Position numbers and translations under genes: made by a program. Shown here piece after piece: positions 52,156 to 62,101 of a DNA stretch of 64,000 bases (positions are counted from its first letter, which is position 1; every line of letters starts with the position of its first letter). The stretch lies in the NCBI GenBank assembly GCA_050949225.1, contig JBMNFI010000001.1, forward strand, positions 596,378 to 660,377, given 5' to 3'. The DNA is from Bacillota bacterium. Lineage in GTDB: Bacteria > Bacillota > Dehalobacteriia > UBA4068. The notes under the pieces were generated by a model. The model was not told where the DNA came from. It saw only the letters and a program-made list of their open reading frames with translations, and did no database searches.

Positions 52156-52944
52156 ATGAAATTTGCCTTCATCTGTGAAAACAGGAAAATTCCAGACTTC
52201 TTTAATCGTCTTAAAACAAAACCGTTTACTAGTTATCAATTAGCCGATACTGTCAAAATACAGGCCCTGCCTATAAGTATACCCCGGTGCAAAAACACCC
52301 GTAAAAAACGGCGACTTTATCAACAAGCCCTTATAATGGCACAAAAAAACCATTGCCAGGTGTTAGCTGTAAAAGCAATTGATAAAAAACATTTACCACG
52401 GCAGTTTTTACCTTTGGCAGACGGCACTTATTGGCAGATTAGTCTTTTTAAACAGCTGCTTAACCATCAAGAACCACGCTGGCAGCAAAAAAAACTGGCC
52501 ATTAAAGTCAACAATTTTAAAGAATCTGCCCTAGCCCGTTATCTGGCACAAGAGACCTATTACCTGCAACTGTTTGGAGAGCAACAGGAGCTACTTGAGC
52601 AAACAGCCACCGCCATCTATCGAGAATCCGGCCTGTTTTGTTACAAAAAACTCTCAGAGTCTGCCATTGATTTAGCTGTTGATCTAATCATCGACCTTAC
52701 GGACTGGCAGAAAAAGCTGCCACAAGCGGCTCAAGTTTTCCAAAATGACACTTTACCTGCTCATCTTGTAGAAGCCTTGCTTTTTTGTTCCTGGACAGAA
52801 AAACAATTTAAACATTGGTACAACTATCGCATCCTGGAAAAACTCTATTTTTTAGCCAAAAGAAGTAGCCATTATAAATTAACACCTATCTGGCACAGCC
52901 AAACAGCAAACAATTCCTTGATCTGTTCTACTGATGTCAATTGA
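52156..52944 (+). CDS. Hypothetical protein (262 aa), antisense insertion between greA and dusB
   Basis: ATG 7 nt after AAGGAG. No recognisable domain. Its 3' end overlaps the dusB 3' end by 73 nt on the opposite strand. Confidence 0.45.
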   Translation: MKFAFICENRKIPDFFNRLKTKPFTSYQLADTVKIQALPISIPRCKNTRKKRRLYQQALIMAQKNHCQVLAVKAIDKKHLPRQFLPLADGTYWQISLFKQLLNHQEPRWQQKKLAIKVNNFKESALARYLAQETYYLQLFGEQQELLEQTATAIYRESGLFCYKKLSESAIDLAVDLIIDLTDWQKKLPQAAQVFQNDTLPAHLVEALLFCSWTEKQFKHWYNYRILEKLYFLAKRSSHYKLTPIWHSQTANNSLICSTDVN

Positions 52945-53900
52945 TTAAGGCGAGAACGCACAGCCGCAGCTTGCGGCAACCCCTTAAGATACCATCCCAA
53001 ATGGCCGCGCATAGAGCGCACAGCAGCCGCCTCCCCCTCCTGTTGAGCTTGTGAGGGTGACTCTGTTTTTTGCTGCCACAGTTTGATGTCATGTGCCACC
53101 TGCAGCTGTAAATGCTGCAAAGCCTGATTGATTTTCTCCGCATAGCCAGGCTCCGGCGGCGGACAACCGCCCTCTAAAACCGCCACACAGTCCCTGATCA
53201 GCCAAGGATTACCCACCATACCACGCCCCACCATAATTGCGGCACAACCGGTTTGTTTTAACATCTCTTGCGCAGCTTGAGCCGTAAAAACATCCCCATT
53301 GCCAATCACAGGGATTTTAACTGTCCCGCTGAGCCTACTGAGACAATTCCAATCGGCTTGACCGCTGTAGAATTGCTCGCGTGTGCGGGCATGCAATGTT
53401 ATAGCATCTGCACCATGAGCCTCCAAAATGCGTGCTACTTCTAGAAAATTAATCTGTCCATCCATCCATCCCAAGCGCATTTTAGCTGTCACTGGCACCG
53501 TGACAGCCTCCCTTACAGCACTTATCAGGCGACCTATCAAAACAGGATCCTTCATCAACTTACAACCCTCACCATTGCGCACTATCTTAGGTGCCGGACA
53601 ACCCAAGTTAAGATCGATGATTTGTGCGCCGCGCTCAACAACCAATCTCGCCGCCTCTGCCAGCACTTCCGGCCGCGAACCAGACAATTGCACAGCACGT
53701 ATCGCAGCTTCATCATCCAAACCTAATAAATCAAAGGTTTTTTGATTTTGATAAACCAAGGCCTGGGCACTGATCATTTCCCCCCAGGATAAACCTGCCC
53801 CGTAAAAACGCAAAATATCACGAAAAGTTCTTGTGGAAATACCCGCCATTGGGGCAGATATAACTTGATTTTTTATATTTAATGAACCTATTGCAAACAA
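52872..53900 (-). CDS. dusB: tRNA-dihydrouridine synthase
   Basis: 342 aa. TIM-barrel Dus signature NQVISAPMAGISTRTFR and an FMN-binding region. Confidence 0.85.
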   Translation of the reverse strand: MFAIGSLNIKNQVISAPMAGISTRTFRDILRFYGAGLSWGEMISAQALVYQNQKTFDLLGLDDEAAIRAVQLSGSRPEVLAEAARLVVERGAQIIDLNLGCPAPKIVRNGEGCKLMKDPVLIGRLISAVREAVTVPVTAKMRLGWMDGQINFLEVARILEAHGADAITLHARTREQFYSGQADWNCLSRLSGTVKIPVIGNGDVFTAQAAQEMLKQTGCAAIMVGRGMVGNPWLIRDCVAVLEGGCPPPEPGYAEKINQALQHLQLQVAHDIKLWQQKTESPSQAQQEGEAAAVRSMRGHLGWYLKGLPQAAAVRSRLNQLTSVEQIKELFAVWLCQIGVNL

Positions 53901-53906
53901 GTTTTA

Positions 53907-54683
53907 CTACCTCTTTTTAAATTTATCATAAGCCAGCTTTAAACCATCTAGAGCCAACAACACATCATAAGATTCTATGGTCTTACTATATTCAAAAATC
54001 ATTCCTGCCAGACCGCCTGTGGCAATCACCCTGGTGTTTGATCCTAGCTCCTGTTTAAGATGCTCTACTACCCCATCGACTTGACTGGCATAGCCAATAA
54101 AAAAACCTATTTGCAAACATTCTGCTGTATTTTTACCGATAATATTTTGGGGTGGCACAATCGGAACCCTTGACAACAGTGCCGCCCTTTGAAATAAAGC
54201 CTCCTGTGATATTTCAATACCGGGGGTAATAGCTCCCCCCAAATACTCTCCCTTTTGGGAGATGCAGTCAAAAGTAGTGGCCGTACCAAAATCCACCACA
54301 ATTAGAGGACTATCTCCTCCATACTTAGTATAGGCGGCCAAAGCATCAACAATTCGATCAGCACCCATTTCCTGTGGATTATCCATTAAAATAGGCATGC
54401 TTAACTTCAACTCATTATCAATGACTAAAGCCTCTGTTCCCAAGTAAGAGCGCGCCAAAACTTGCCAGCATCTGGTGATTTCCGGCACTACCGAAGCAAT
54501 GGCAATCGCATCAATATCGCTGACCTTCAAGCCCTCAATCTCTAATAAAGTGTTCAAGAGGATGATATATTCATCCTCCGTTTTCTCACCATCACTGGTC
54601 AAGCGCCAATGACGAACAAAACGATCCTCATTATAAATACCCATGGTGATATGGGTATTACCACAATCTATGGCTAACAGCAT
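53907..54683 (-). CDS. coaX: Type III pantothenate kinase
   Basis: 258 aa. N-terminal MLLAIDCGNTHITMGIY (ASKHA fold). Confidence 0.85.
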   Translation of the reverse strand: MLLAIDCGNTHITMGIYNEDRFVRHWRLTSDGEKTEDEYIILLNTLLEIEGLKVSDIDAIAIASVVPEITRCWQVLARSYLGTEALVIDNELKLSMPILMDNPQEMGADRIVDALAAYTKYGGDSPLIVVDFGTATTFDCISQKGEYLGGAITPGIEISQEALFQRAALLSRVPIVPPQNIIGKNTAECLQIGFFIGYASQVDGVVEHLKQELGSNTRVIATGGLAGMIFEYSKTIESYDVLLALDGLKLAYDKFKKR

Positions 54684-54819
54684 TTGTCTATCCTCCTATA
54701 TTACCAGTATATCTCTAACCATTAATTATATATTTTCTCTTTTTTTTTAGCAAACATCAAACACCCGGATTAAGTTCCGGGTGTTTGGTTTTTTTGACTA
54801 TATCACAGTTATTTAACTG

Positions 54820-57800
54820 TTATTGCAGTCTTTTATAACTTTCATAACGTTTTTTGGCCTCTTTTTCTGTCTTTTCAAACAGTTCTTCGGCCGATTCCGG
54901 AAATTGTCTAGCCAAGGAAGAATAACGAACCTCGGAAGATATAAAGTCACGGAAAGATTTACTTGGTTCTTTAGATTCCAAAATAAACGGATTTTTACCC
55001 TGGTCTTCTAAATCAGGATTATAGCGATAAAGATGCCAATAACCCGCATCGACAGCCTCTTTCATTTGTGACATCGCATTGCTCATGCCGCCTTTAATAC
55101 CATGGTTAACACAAGTACAGTAAGCGATAATCAAAGATGGCCCTTCATATGCTTCAGCTTCTTTAATAACCTCAAGAGCTTGCTTCATATCCGCACCCAT
55201 AGCGATTTGTGCCACATAAACATAGCCGTAAGACATAGCCATCAAGCCTAAATCTTTTTTCTTGATTTTCTTACCGCTTGCAGCAAATTTTGCCACAGCA
55301 GCAGTAGGGGTAGCCTTGGAACTTTGCCCACCGGTGTTTGAATAAACCTCGGTATCATATACGAAAAGATTAATATCTTCTCCACTGGCCAAAACATGAT
55401 CCAGTCCGCCAAAACCAATATCATAGGCCCAACCATCACCACCAAAAGCCCAGAAACATTTTTTCACCAGATGGTCTTTTCTTTCATAAATTTCCTGAGC
55501 TATCGGATCAGAGGACTTTTCTAAAAGCGGCAACAGTTCAGCCGTCGCAGCTTTGCTTGGCTCACCAAAACGAAAAACATCCAGCCATTTTTGATAAGGT
55601 TCGGCCAGTTCCCCGGCAGTTCCATCGGCAATAGATTGACGCATTAAGTCAGCAATTCTTTTACGAATGGCATTGGCCCCCAAAAACAAACCATAACCAA
55701 ATTCAGCATTATCCTCAAACAAACTATTGGCCCAGGCAGGACCGTGGCCTTTACTGTTAGCCGTAAACGGAATTGCCGGCACAGCACCGCCCCAAATAGA
55801 AGAGCAGCCGGTCGCATTAGCAATAACCATTCTCTCGCCGAATAACTGAGTAACTAATTTAGCATAAGCTGTTTCAGCACAACCGGCACAAGAACCGGAA
55901 AATTCCAAAAACGGCGTTTTAAATTGACTGTTTTTAACATTGTTAGGAGCAAGCTCATCACCACGATTGGGTAGCGCAACCAAATATTCCCAATTATCAG
56001 CCTGAGCGGCAGTTTGACCTTCAATATGTCTTAAATGTAACGCTTTTTCTTTGGCCGGACAAGTTGTCACACAAACACCGCAGCCCTGACAATCCAAAGG
56101 TGATACTTGAATTTTATATTTATATCCTTTCAGCTCTTTACCGATAGCATCCAAAACCGGTAATTCCTTAGGGGCTGCCGCAGCCTCATCATCAGTCAAA
56201 AGAAAAGGACGAATGCTGGCATGCGGACAAACAAAGGAACATTGATTACATTGAATGCAGTTTTCCGGAATCCATTCCGGAACAAATGCGGCTACACCAC
56301 GTTTTTCATGCTTGCTCCCGGACAATGGGAAGGTGCCGTCCTCGACCCCTTTAAAAGCACTGACCGGCAGTTGATCACCTTTATTAGCATTCATTAAAGT
56401 AAAGGTTTCATCCATGAATTTATCGTCGGTTTTCACACAAACAGCATCGTCTTTAACATCAGCCCATTCGGCAGGAATATCAACCTTAACAAGCTGTGTA
56501 AGACCTGCCTGTACTGCATCTTGGTTCATTTGTACAATTTTAGGACCTTTTCTGCCATAGGTTTTGACGATTGATTCATTTAAAGATTTCTCTGCCATAT
56601 CCATCGGAATGACCTTGGCAAGCTTAAAAAATGCCGCCTGCATAATCATATTAGTACGCTTGCCCAAACCCAAGTTTTTAGCAATATCAACAGCATTAAT
56701 AATATAAAAATTAATATTATTTTTAGCCATATAATAACGCATAGATGTCGGAATTTTATCGGCCAATTGATCCTTATCCCAAACACAGTTCAAAAGGAAG
56801 ATGCCATCCTTTTTGAGTCCTGCCAATAAATCATATTTTTGTAAATAGGACTGATTAGAGCAGGAAATAAAGTTAGCAGAGTTAATTAAATAAGGAGCTT
56901 TAATTTCATGATCACCAAAACGCAGGTGAGAAACAGTTAAGCCACCGGATTTTTTAGAATCGTAAGCAAAATAAGCCTGCGCATACATATCCGTATTTTG
57001 ACCAATAATATCAATAGCCTGCTTGTTTGCACCTACAGTGCCATCGGATCCCAAACCCCAGAATTTACATTGGATCGTACCCGGCTGCAACAAGTCAATC
57101 TCGGATTTCCTCTCTAAAGAAGTATGGCAAACATCATCAATGATACTAATCGTAAAGTTATCTTTAGGAGCATCCTGAGCTAAATTATCAAATACTGCAA
57201 TCAAATCGGCAGGAACGGTATCCTTATTACCCAAACCATAACGCCCACGATAAATTTCCGGTGCATTTTCCTGATCGTAAAAAGCACTGACTACATCTAA
57301 ATAGAGTGGCTCACCGGGAGAACCGGGTGTTTTCACTCTGTCCAAAACAGCTAATTTTTTAATGCTTTTTGGCAAAGCCTTCAAGAAATAATCAATAGCG
57401 AATGGGCGATACAAAATGACCTGTAACAAGCCAACTTTCTCACCTTTATCAGTCAAATAATCAACAGTTTGTTTAGCAGTATCACAAACAGACCCCATAG
57501 CAATAATAACTCTTTCAGCCTCAGGATCACCGTAATAGTTAAATAAATTATATTCTCTACCTGTTAAAGCACTAATTTTAGCTAAATATTTTTCCACCAC
57601 GGCAGGAGTAGCCTCAAAGAATGGGGAACAGGCTTCCCTGGCTTGGAAGAAAATATCCGGGTTTTGGTTAGTGCCACGCAGCACCGGATGTTCAGGATTT
57701 AGCGAATTGTCACGGAAGGCCTTTAGGGCATCTCTGTTTAAAAGCTTTGCAAAATCATCATAGTCAATAACTTCAATTTTTTGCTGCTCATGAGAAGTCC

Positions 57801-58323
57801 GAAAACCATCAAAGAAATGCAAAAAAGGAACTCTTGATTCAATAGCCGCCAAATGTGCCACACCGCCAATATCCATCACTTCTTGGACATTAGATGAAGC
57901 CAACATGGCAAAACCTGTGTGGTTACAGGCCATCACGTCACTGTGATCACCAAAAATACTCAAAGCATGTGTTGCCAAAGATCTGGCGGAAACATGCAGC
58001 ACGCCCGGCAAAAGCTCTCCGGCCATTTTATACATATTGGGAATCATCAGTAACAATCCTTGGGACGCAGTATAAGAAGTTGTCAGAGCACCTGATGCCA
58101 AGGAACCATGCATAGATCCGGATGCACCGGCCTCCGATTGCATTTCTACAACTCTTACGGGTTGTCCAAAAATATTTTTCACACCTTGAGCGGACCATTC
58201 ATCAACATTTTCCGCCATATCAGAAGACGGAGTAATAGGATAGATAGATGCAACTTCTGTAAAAGCATAGGATACATAAGCTGCAGCTTTATTACCATCC
58301 ATAGTTTTCATTTTTTTCACCAA
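54820..58323 (-). CDS. nifJ: Pyruvate:ferredoxin (flavodoxin) oxidoreductase
   Basis: 1167 aa starting (TTG/GTG) VKKMKTMDGNKAAAYVSYAFTEVASIYPITPSS. Two 4Fe-4S Cys motifs (CIQCNQCSFVCPHA and CQGCGVCVTTCP) and a C-terminal ThDP domain. Confidence 0.95.
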   Translation of the reverse strand: MVKKMKTMDGNKAAAYVSYAFTEVASIYPITPSSDMAENVDEWSAQGVKNIFGQPVRVVEMQSEAGASGSMHGSLASGALTTSYTASQGLLLMIPNMYKMAGELLPGVLHVSARSLATHALSIFGDHSDVMACNHTGFAMLASSNVQEVMDIGGVAHLAAIESRVPFLHFFDGFRTSHEQQKIEVIDYDDFAKLLNRDALKAFRDNSLNPEHPVLRGTNQNPDIFFQAREACSPFFEATPAVVEKYLAKISALTGREYNLFNYYGDPEAERVIIAMGSVCDTAKQTVDYLTDKGEKVGLLQVILYRPFAIDYFLKALPKSIKKLAVLDRVKTPGSPGEPLYLDVVSAFYDQENAPEIYRGRYGLGNKDTVPADLIAVFDNLAQDAPKDNFTISIIDDVCHTSLERKSEIDLLQPGTIQCKFWGLGSDGTVGANKQAIDIIGQNTDMYAQAYFAYDSKKSGGLTVSHLRFGDHEIKAPYLINSANFISCSNQSYLQKYDLLAGLKKDGIFLLNCVWDKDQLADKIPTSMRYYMAKNNINFYIINAVDIAKNLGLGKRTNMIMQAAFFKLAKVIPMDMAEKSLNESIVKTYGRKGPKIVQMNQDAVQAGLTQLVKVDIPAEWADVKDDAVCVKTDDKFMDETFTLMNANKGDQLPVSAFKGVEDGTFPLSGSKHEKRGVAAFVPEWIPENCIQCNQCSFVCPHASIRPFLLTDDEAAAAPKELPVLDAIGKELKGYKYKIQVSPLDCQGCGVCVTTCPAKEKALHLRHIEGQTAAQADNWEYLVALPNRGDELAPNNVKNSQFKTPFLEFSGSCAGCAETAYAKLVTQLFGERMVIANATGCSSIWGGAVPAIPFTANSKGHGPAWANSLFEDNAEFGYGLFLGANAIRKRIADLMRQSIADGTAGELAEPYQKWLDVFRFGEPSKAATAELLPLLEKSSDPIAQEIYERKDHLVKKCFWAFGGDGWAYDIGFGGLDHVLASGEDINLFVYDTEVYSNTGGQSSKATPTAAVAKFAASGKKIKKKDLGLMAMSYGYVYVAQIAMGADMKQALEVIKEAEAYEGPSLIIAYCTCVNHGIKGGMSNAMSQMKEAVDAGYWHLYRYNPDLEDQGKNPFILESKEPSKSFRDFISSEVRYSSLARQFPESAEELFEKTEKEAKKRYESYKRLQ

Positions 58324-58396
58324 TGCAATACCCCCTTGAGTTTTCTTAAAAAATTTCTATACTGAGTAACTTCACCTACATTTACCTTATATAAGA

Positions 58397-58429
58397 TCAA
58401 AAATACCATTTGGCTTGTCCAGATGGTAT
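58397..58429 (-). terminator. Terminator downstream of bofA (stem ataccatttgg / ccagatggtat plus UUUUU)
   Basis: Hairpin with one mismatch followed by a U-run on the minus strand. It separates bofA from the PFOR gene. Confidence 0.5.
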
Positions 58430-58565
58430 TTCCCCCATTATAGTTATTTTACACAAATTACACAAAAAAGCAACATTTTTTATTAGTTTTTTACTTATCA
58501 TTTTTACAGCAGCCTCTGTAGGTGGACTTAGTCAAATGTCAGAATTTTCAGATTCATGAATTAAC

Positions 58566-58832
58566 TTATAAACAATAATGCAGCCCCGCTAAAGCTGCTA
58601 CTCCAGGAAAGCCTAATACAGCCGAAACGGCTAGAGTAAAAGCATTAAAAGGTAAAGCGATTAAGCCACCGGCAAAATAATTAACCACAAGTATCGCGGC
58701 AAAACCACAAGCACAGTTCAGAGCCAGCCTGCCTGCCACACGCCAAAATCCTTGTGGCAAAAAGGACAAAGCAAACAAAAAACCCAGTCCCCCGGCGGCC
58801 AATAGGATTGTTTTCCATAAATCAGTCATCAT
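58566..58832 (-). CDS. bofA: BofA-family protein (inhibitor of pro-sigma-K processing), sporulation
   Basis: 88 aa with 2 TM helices. The C-terminus ...VVNYFAGGLIALPFNAFTLAVSAVLGFPGVAALAGL matches the BofA consensus. The position downstream of recR is as in B. subtilis. Confidence 0.65.
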   Translation of the reverse strand: MMTDLWKTILLAAGGLGFLFALSFLPQGFWRVAGRLALNCACGFAAILVVNYFAGGLIALPFNAFTLAVSAVLGFPGVAALAGLHYCL

Positions 58833-58965
58833 TTTCAGCCCCTTTCTGATCTCTTAAAATTATATGTTAAGATCGGGGCAGCATGACTATTCGGCTAAAA
58901 TAAAATTCAGCCCATCTTTTATCTTATCGGCTAAAACTTATTAAACTCGTGCATGAATTAATCTT

Positions 58966-59568
58966 TTATAAAGATTTTCTGCCGGAAAAAGCCTGAGCCA
59001 AGGTAGCCTCATCAGCATACTCCAAATCACCGCCGACAGGTACACCATGAGCTAAACGTGAAACGGGAATCCCCAAGCTCTTTATCAACTTAGCCAAATA
59101 AAGAGCAGTAGCTTCGCCCTCCACATTGGCATTGGTGGCCATCACCACCTCTTTAATCTTGTTATCTTGCAAACGGGTCAATAGCGACTCAATATTCAGC
59201 TGATCCGGGCCCACTCCATCCATAGGGGAAATAGCCCCCTGCAAAACATGATAATAGCCATAAAAACTGTGACTGCGCTCCATGGGCAAGATGTCCTTGG
59301 CTCGTTCTACCACACACAACAATTCCTGGTCACGCGAAGGGTCACGACAAATAGTGCAAAGGTCCTCATCAGATAAGTTTCCACAACGAATGCATTCCCC
59401 TATACGGCGTCTGGCATTTACAATGGATTTAGCTAAATCTATGGCCTTTTCCTCTTCTGCATAAAGAAGATGAAAAGCTAATCTTTGGGCCGATTTGGGG
59501 CCAATTCCGGGCAGCTTAGACAGCTGTTTTATTAAATTATTTAGTGAATCCGGGAAATAATATTGCAT
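58966..59568 (-). CDS. recR: Recombination protein RecR
   Basis: 200 aa. HhH motif LPGIGPKSAQRLAFHLL, Zn-finger CIRCGNLSDEDLCTIC and a Toprim domain. Confidence 0.95.
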   Translation of the reverse strand: MQYYFPDSLNNLIKQLSKLPGIGPKSAQRLAFHLLYAEEEKAIDLAKSIVNARRRIGECIRCGNLSDEDLCTICRDPSRDQELLCVVERAKDILPMERSHSFYGYYHVLQGAISPMDGVGPDQLNIESLLTRLQDNKIKEVVMATNANVEGEATALYLAKLIKSLGIPVSRLAHGVPVGGDLEYADEATLAQAFSGRKSL

Positions 59569-59582
59569 CTTTAATCCTTATC

Positions 59583-59900
59583 TTAAAACATGCCGCCGGG
59601 CAAGCCTAAACCACCCGTAACTTTTTGCATTTCTTCAGCGGCTCTGGATTGCGCATTTTCCAAAGCATCCTTAACAGCAGCCAAAATTAAATCCTCCAAC
59701 ATTTCCGGATCATCAGGATCAATAACTTCCGGATTAATAGTAATGGCTAAAATCTCTTGACCGGCACTGGCCTCTACCAAAACCATTCCCCCACCGGCAG
59801 AACCTTCCACTACAATATCTTTTAATTCTTCCTGCACCTTTGCTACATCTGCTTGCATTTTTTGAGCCTGCTTCATCAATTTTTGCATGTTAAAACCCAT
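59583..59900 (-). CDS. ybaB: Nucleoid-associated protein YbaB/EbfC
   Basis: 105 aa starting MGFNMQKLMKQAQKMQADVAKVQEEL. Confidence 0.9.
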   Translation of the reverse strand: MGFNMQKLMKQAQKMQADVAKVQEELKDIVVEGSAGGGMVLVEASAGQEILAITINPEVIDPDDPEMLEDLILAAVKDALENAQSRAAEEMQKVTGGLGLPGGMF

Positions 59901-59940
59901 ACTTTTTCCTCCCTTTTTTTAAATGATTTATTTAAATAAC

Positions 59941-61506
59941 TTATTGTTTAAACAGTGTGTTTTGAGCATCTTCTGTTGTTAATTCCTGCTTTGACTCGGG
60001 CGGCAAATCTTTTAAACAACCCTTAATTACCAAGGGGTAACCATACACAGCTTTTAGTTGTTTTTCAACCTCTTGACGATGCACGGCTTTTTTACAAATA
60101 GTATCCATATGAATTTTACATAATTCCGGAAAATAAAGCACCAAGGCATGATTTTCGATCTTCCCGGGTCTACCTTTTTCTAAAAAAACATACGTACCTA
60201 TACTGCTTTTCTTGACCGCCGTCAAAAGCTCCGGCCACTTTTCAACAATAGTTGCGATATCTAGTGTATTCTTGGCTGTCGTCTTTTGCTCCTCAAGATT
60301 TACCGACTCCGTATTTACAATCTCAGCAGCCATTGTTTTATCGACAAACTGCTCAGGCGACGGCGACTTTGCCGTAAGAGGCTTGGTTTCGACAGGGGCC
60401 TTTTCTTTCGCGGTTGTTTTCTTCTGAGGAGAAACTGTTGTTGCGGTCAATTCTTGACAATTACAAGCCTTTAACAGACCCAGTTCAAAACTGATACGCG
60501 GCTGCAAAGAATATCTTAAGCGGCCATCAGTCTCACCCAAAGCCTGTATCGCCCGCAATAAAACATTAGCATCAATTTCTGCAGCCCATTCAGGCAGCTG
60601 TTCCTTTTTATCAGATAGCCTGGCAAGAAGAACACTTTGCAGTTGATCCAAAAGATCAAATAAAAATTGTCTTAGATCGCGACCGGAATCGAGCAGCTGA
60701 TCCATAAGGTTAAAAACTGTAACCAAATCACCCACACAAAGACTTTCAGCCATCCGGTCAACAAATTCGCTATCTACCGATCCTAAAACTGTCGCAATCA
60801 CCTGTTCGTCAATACCATCAGGTGCAAAGTTAGCACATTGATCCAGTAAATTAATGGCATCACGCATGCCCCCATCAGATTTTTTAGCTATTAATCTCAA
60901 AGCCTTTTGGTCAATAGTAATCTGTTCTTTTTTTGCAATCAAAGCCAGACGATTCATAATATCATCCACATTAATGCGCCGAAAATCAAAACGTTGGCAA
61001 CGGGATAATACCGTTAAGGGTATTTTATGCGGCTCGGTTGTCGCTAAAATAAACAACACATGACTTGGCGGCTCTTCCAAGGTTTTTAAAAGAGCATTGA
61101 ATGCTTCACTGGTCAACATATGGACTTCATCGATAATATATACTTTATATTTTTCTTGAGCAGGTGCATACATCACGCGTTCGCGCAAATCTCTGATTTC
61201 ATCAATGCCACGGTTAGAAGCAGCATCAATTTCCATAATATCCATTCCTTCAGACGCCAACAAACGCTTACAAGCCGCACAAACACCACAGGGCTCTCCC
61301 TCTTGCGGGTTCAGGCAGTTAACGGCTCTGGCCAAGATTTTAGCGGTAGAAGTCTTACCCGTACCACGTGGTCCACAAAAAAGATAGGCATGTACAAAAC
61401 TGCCCTGACTTATCGCATTTTTTAAAGTACAGCTAATATGATCCTGTCCGGAAAGGTCTGAAAAAAGTTGTGGGCGAAAACGCCGATATAAAGCCGTATA
61501 TACCAT
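59941..61506 (-). CDS. dnaX: DNA polymerase III subunit gamma/tau
   Basis: 521 aa. Walker A GPRGTGKTS and a Zn-binding CGVCAACK. Confidence 0.95.
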   Translation of the reverse strand: MVYTALYRRFRPQLFSDLSGQDHISCTLKNAISQGSFVHAYLFCGPRGTGKTSTAKILARAVNCLNPQEGEPCGVCAACKRLLASEGMDIMEIDAASNRGIDEIRDLRERVMYAPAQEKYKVYIIDEVHMLTSEAFNALLKTLEEPPSHVLFILATTEPHKIPLTVLSRCQRFDFRRINVDDIMNRLALIAKKEQITIDQKALRLIAKKSDGGMRDAINLLDQCANFAPDGIDEQVIATVLGSVDSEFVDRMAESLCVGDLVTVFNLMDQLLDSGRDLRQFLFDLLDQLQSVLLARLSDKKEQLPEWAAEIDANVLLRAIQALGETDGRLRYSLQPRISFELGLLKACNCQELTATTVSPQKKTTAKEKAPVETKPLTAKSPSPEQFVDKTMAAEIVNTESVNLEEQKTTAKNTLDIATIVEKWPELLTAVKKSSIGTYVFLEKGRPGKIENHALVLYFPELCKIHMDTICKKAVHRQEVEKQLKAVYGYPLVIKGCLKDLPPESKQELTTEDAQNTLFKQ

Positions 61507-61633
61507 AATTTCTCCTAAAATTTTTTACAACATATTAAAAATTTTATACTCTAATAAATAGTTTCTCCTTTAAAAAGGTTTTTCCTTCTCCTATTATATG
61601 AAGAAGAAAAAGAGTTGTCTTTTAAAATAACGG

Positions 61634-61662
61634 TTGTAACTTAAAACCTTTTCTGTTAGAAT
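61634..61662 (+). promoter_or_regulatory. Candidate promoter for the SRP RNA (TTGTAA, 17-nt spacer, TAGAAT)
   Basis: Hexamers ~30 nt upstream of the first nucleotide of the SRP RNA homology. Confidence 0.35.
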
Positions 61663-61692
61663 AGTATGGTAGGTAAGCAAGATAACAAGTTT

Positions 61693-61963
61693 GCCGTGCT
61701 AGACGGGGCTTTAGCGGCGCCTTGTAGCCTCCAATCCGCTACAGGAGGGTTGATGCTTTTTTTGAGGGTATGTCTTGTGGGGTCTGCCTTTGGCAAGCAG
61801 TGATGATAATTGGGTCCCGTGCGACGAACTGACGTGAAACCCGTCAGGTCCGGAAGGAAGCAGCGGTAAGCGTATTTTGTTTCGGGTGCCGCGGGAGTGC
61901 CTGGTTGGAGCCGGCTATCAAAGTTACGCCCGGAAGATTTTATTCGAAAAAAAGGTGCACGGC
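61693..61963 (+). ncRNA. ffs: Signal recognition particle RNA, large Bacillus type (scRNA, ~271 nt)
   Basis: The 5' GCCGUGCUAGACGGGG... and 3' ...AAGGUGCACGGC ends pair with each other. The invariant domain-IV motif GUCAGGUCCGGAAGGAAGCAGC is on the plus strand, and the partner strand is GUGCCGCGGGAGUGCCUGG. Confidence 0.85.
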
Positions 61964-62101
61964 GATATTTTTATAAATAACAAATAACAGCTTATAATAT
62001 CCACCTTATCAGCTGTTATTTTATTTTAGGGCTATCATTTTATCCCGCTTATTGTACATAAACTATATATACTATTGTCAAGTTTCTAGGAGGATTTTTA
62101 A

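Noticed and set aside
58833-58965. Missing yaaL-like (DUF2508) small gene between recR and bofA
   Set aside because: The 133-nt gap is too small for a 74-aa ORF, and no ORF of 30 aa or more with an SD is found on the minus strand. Absent, not missed.
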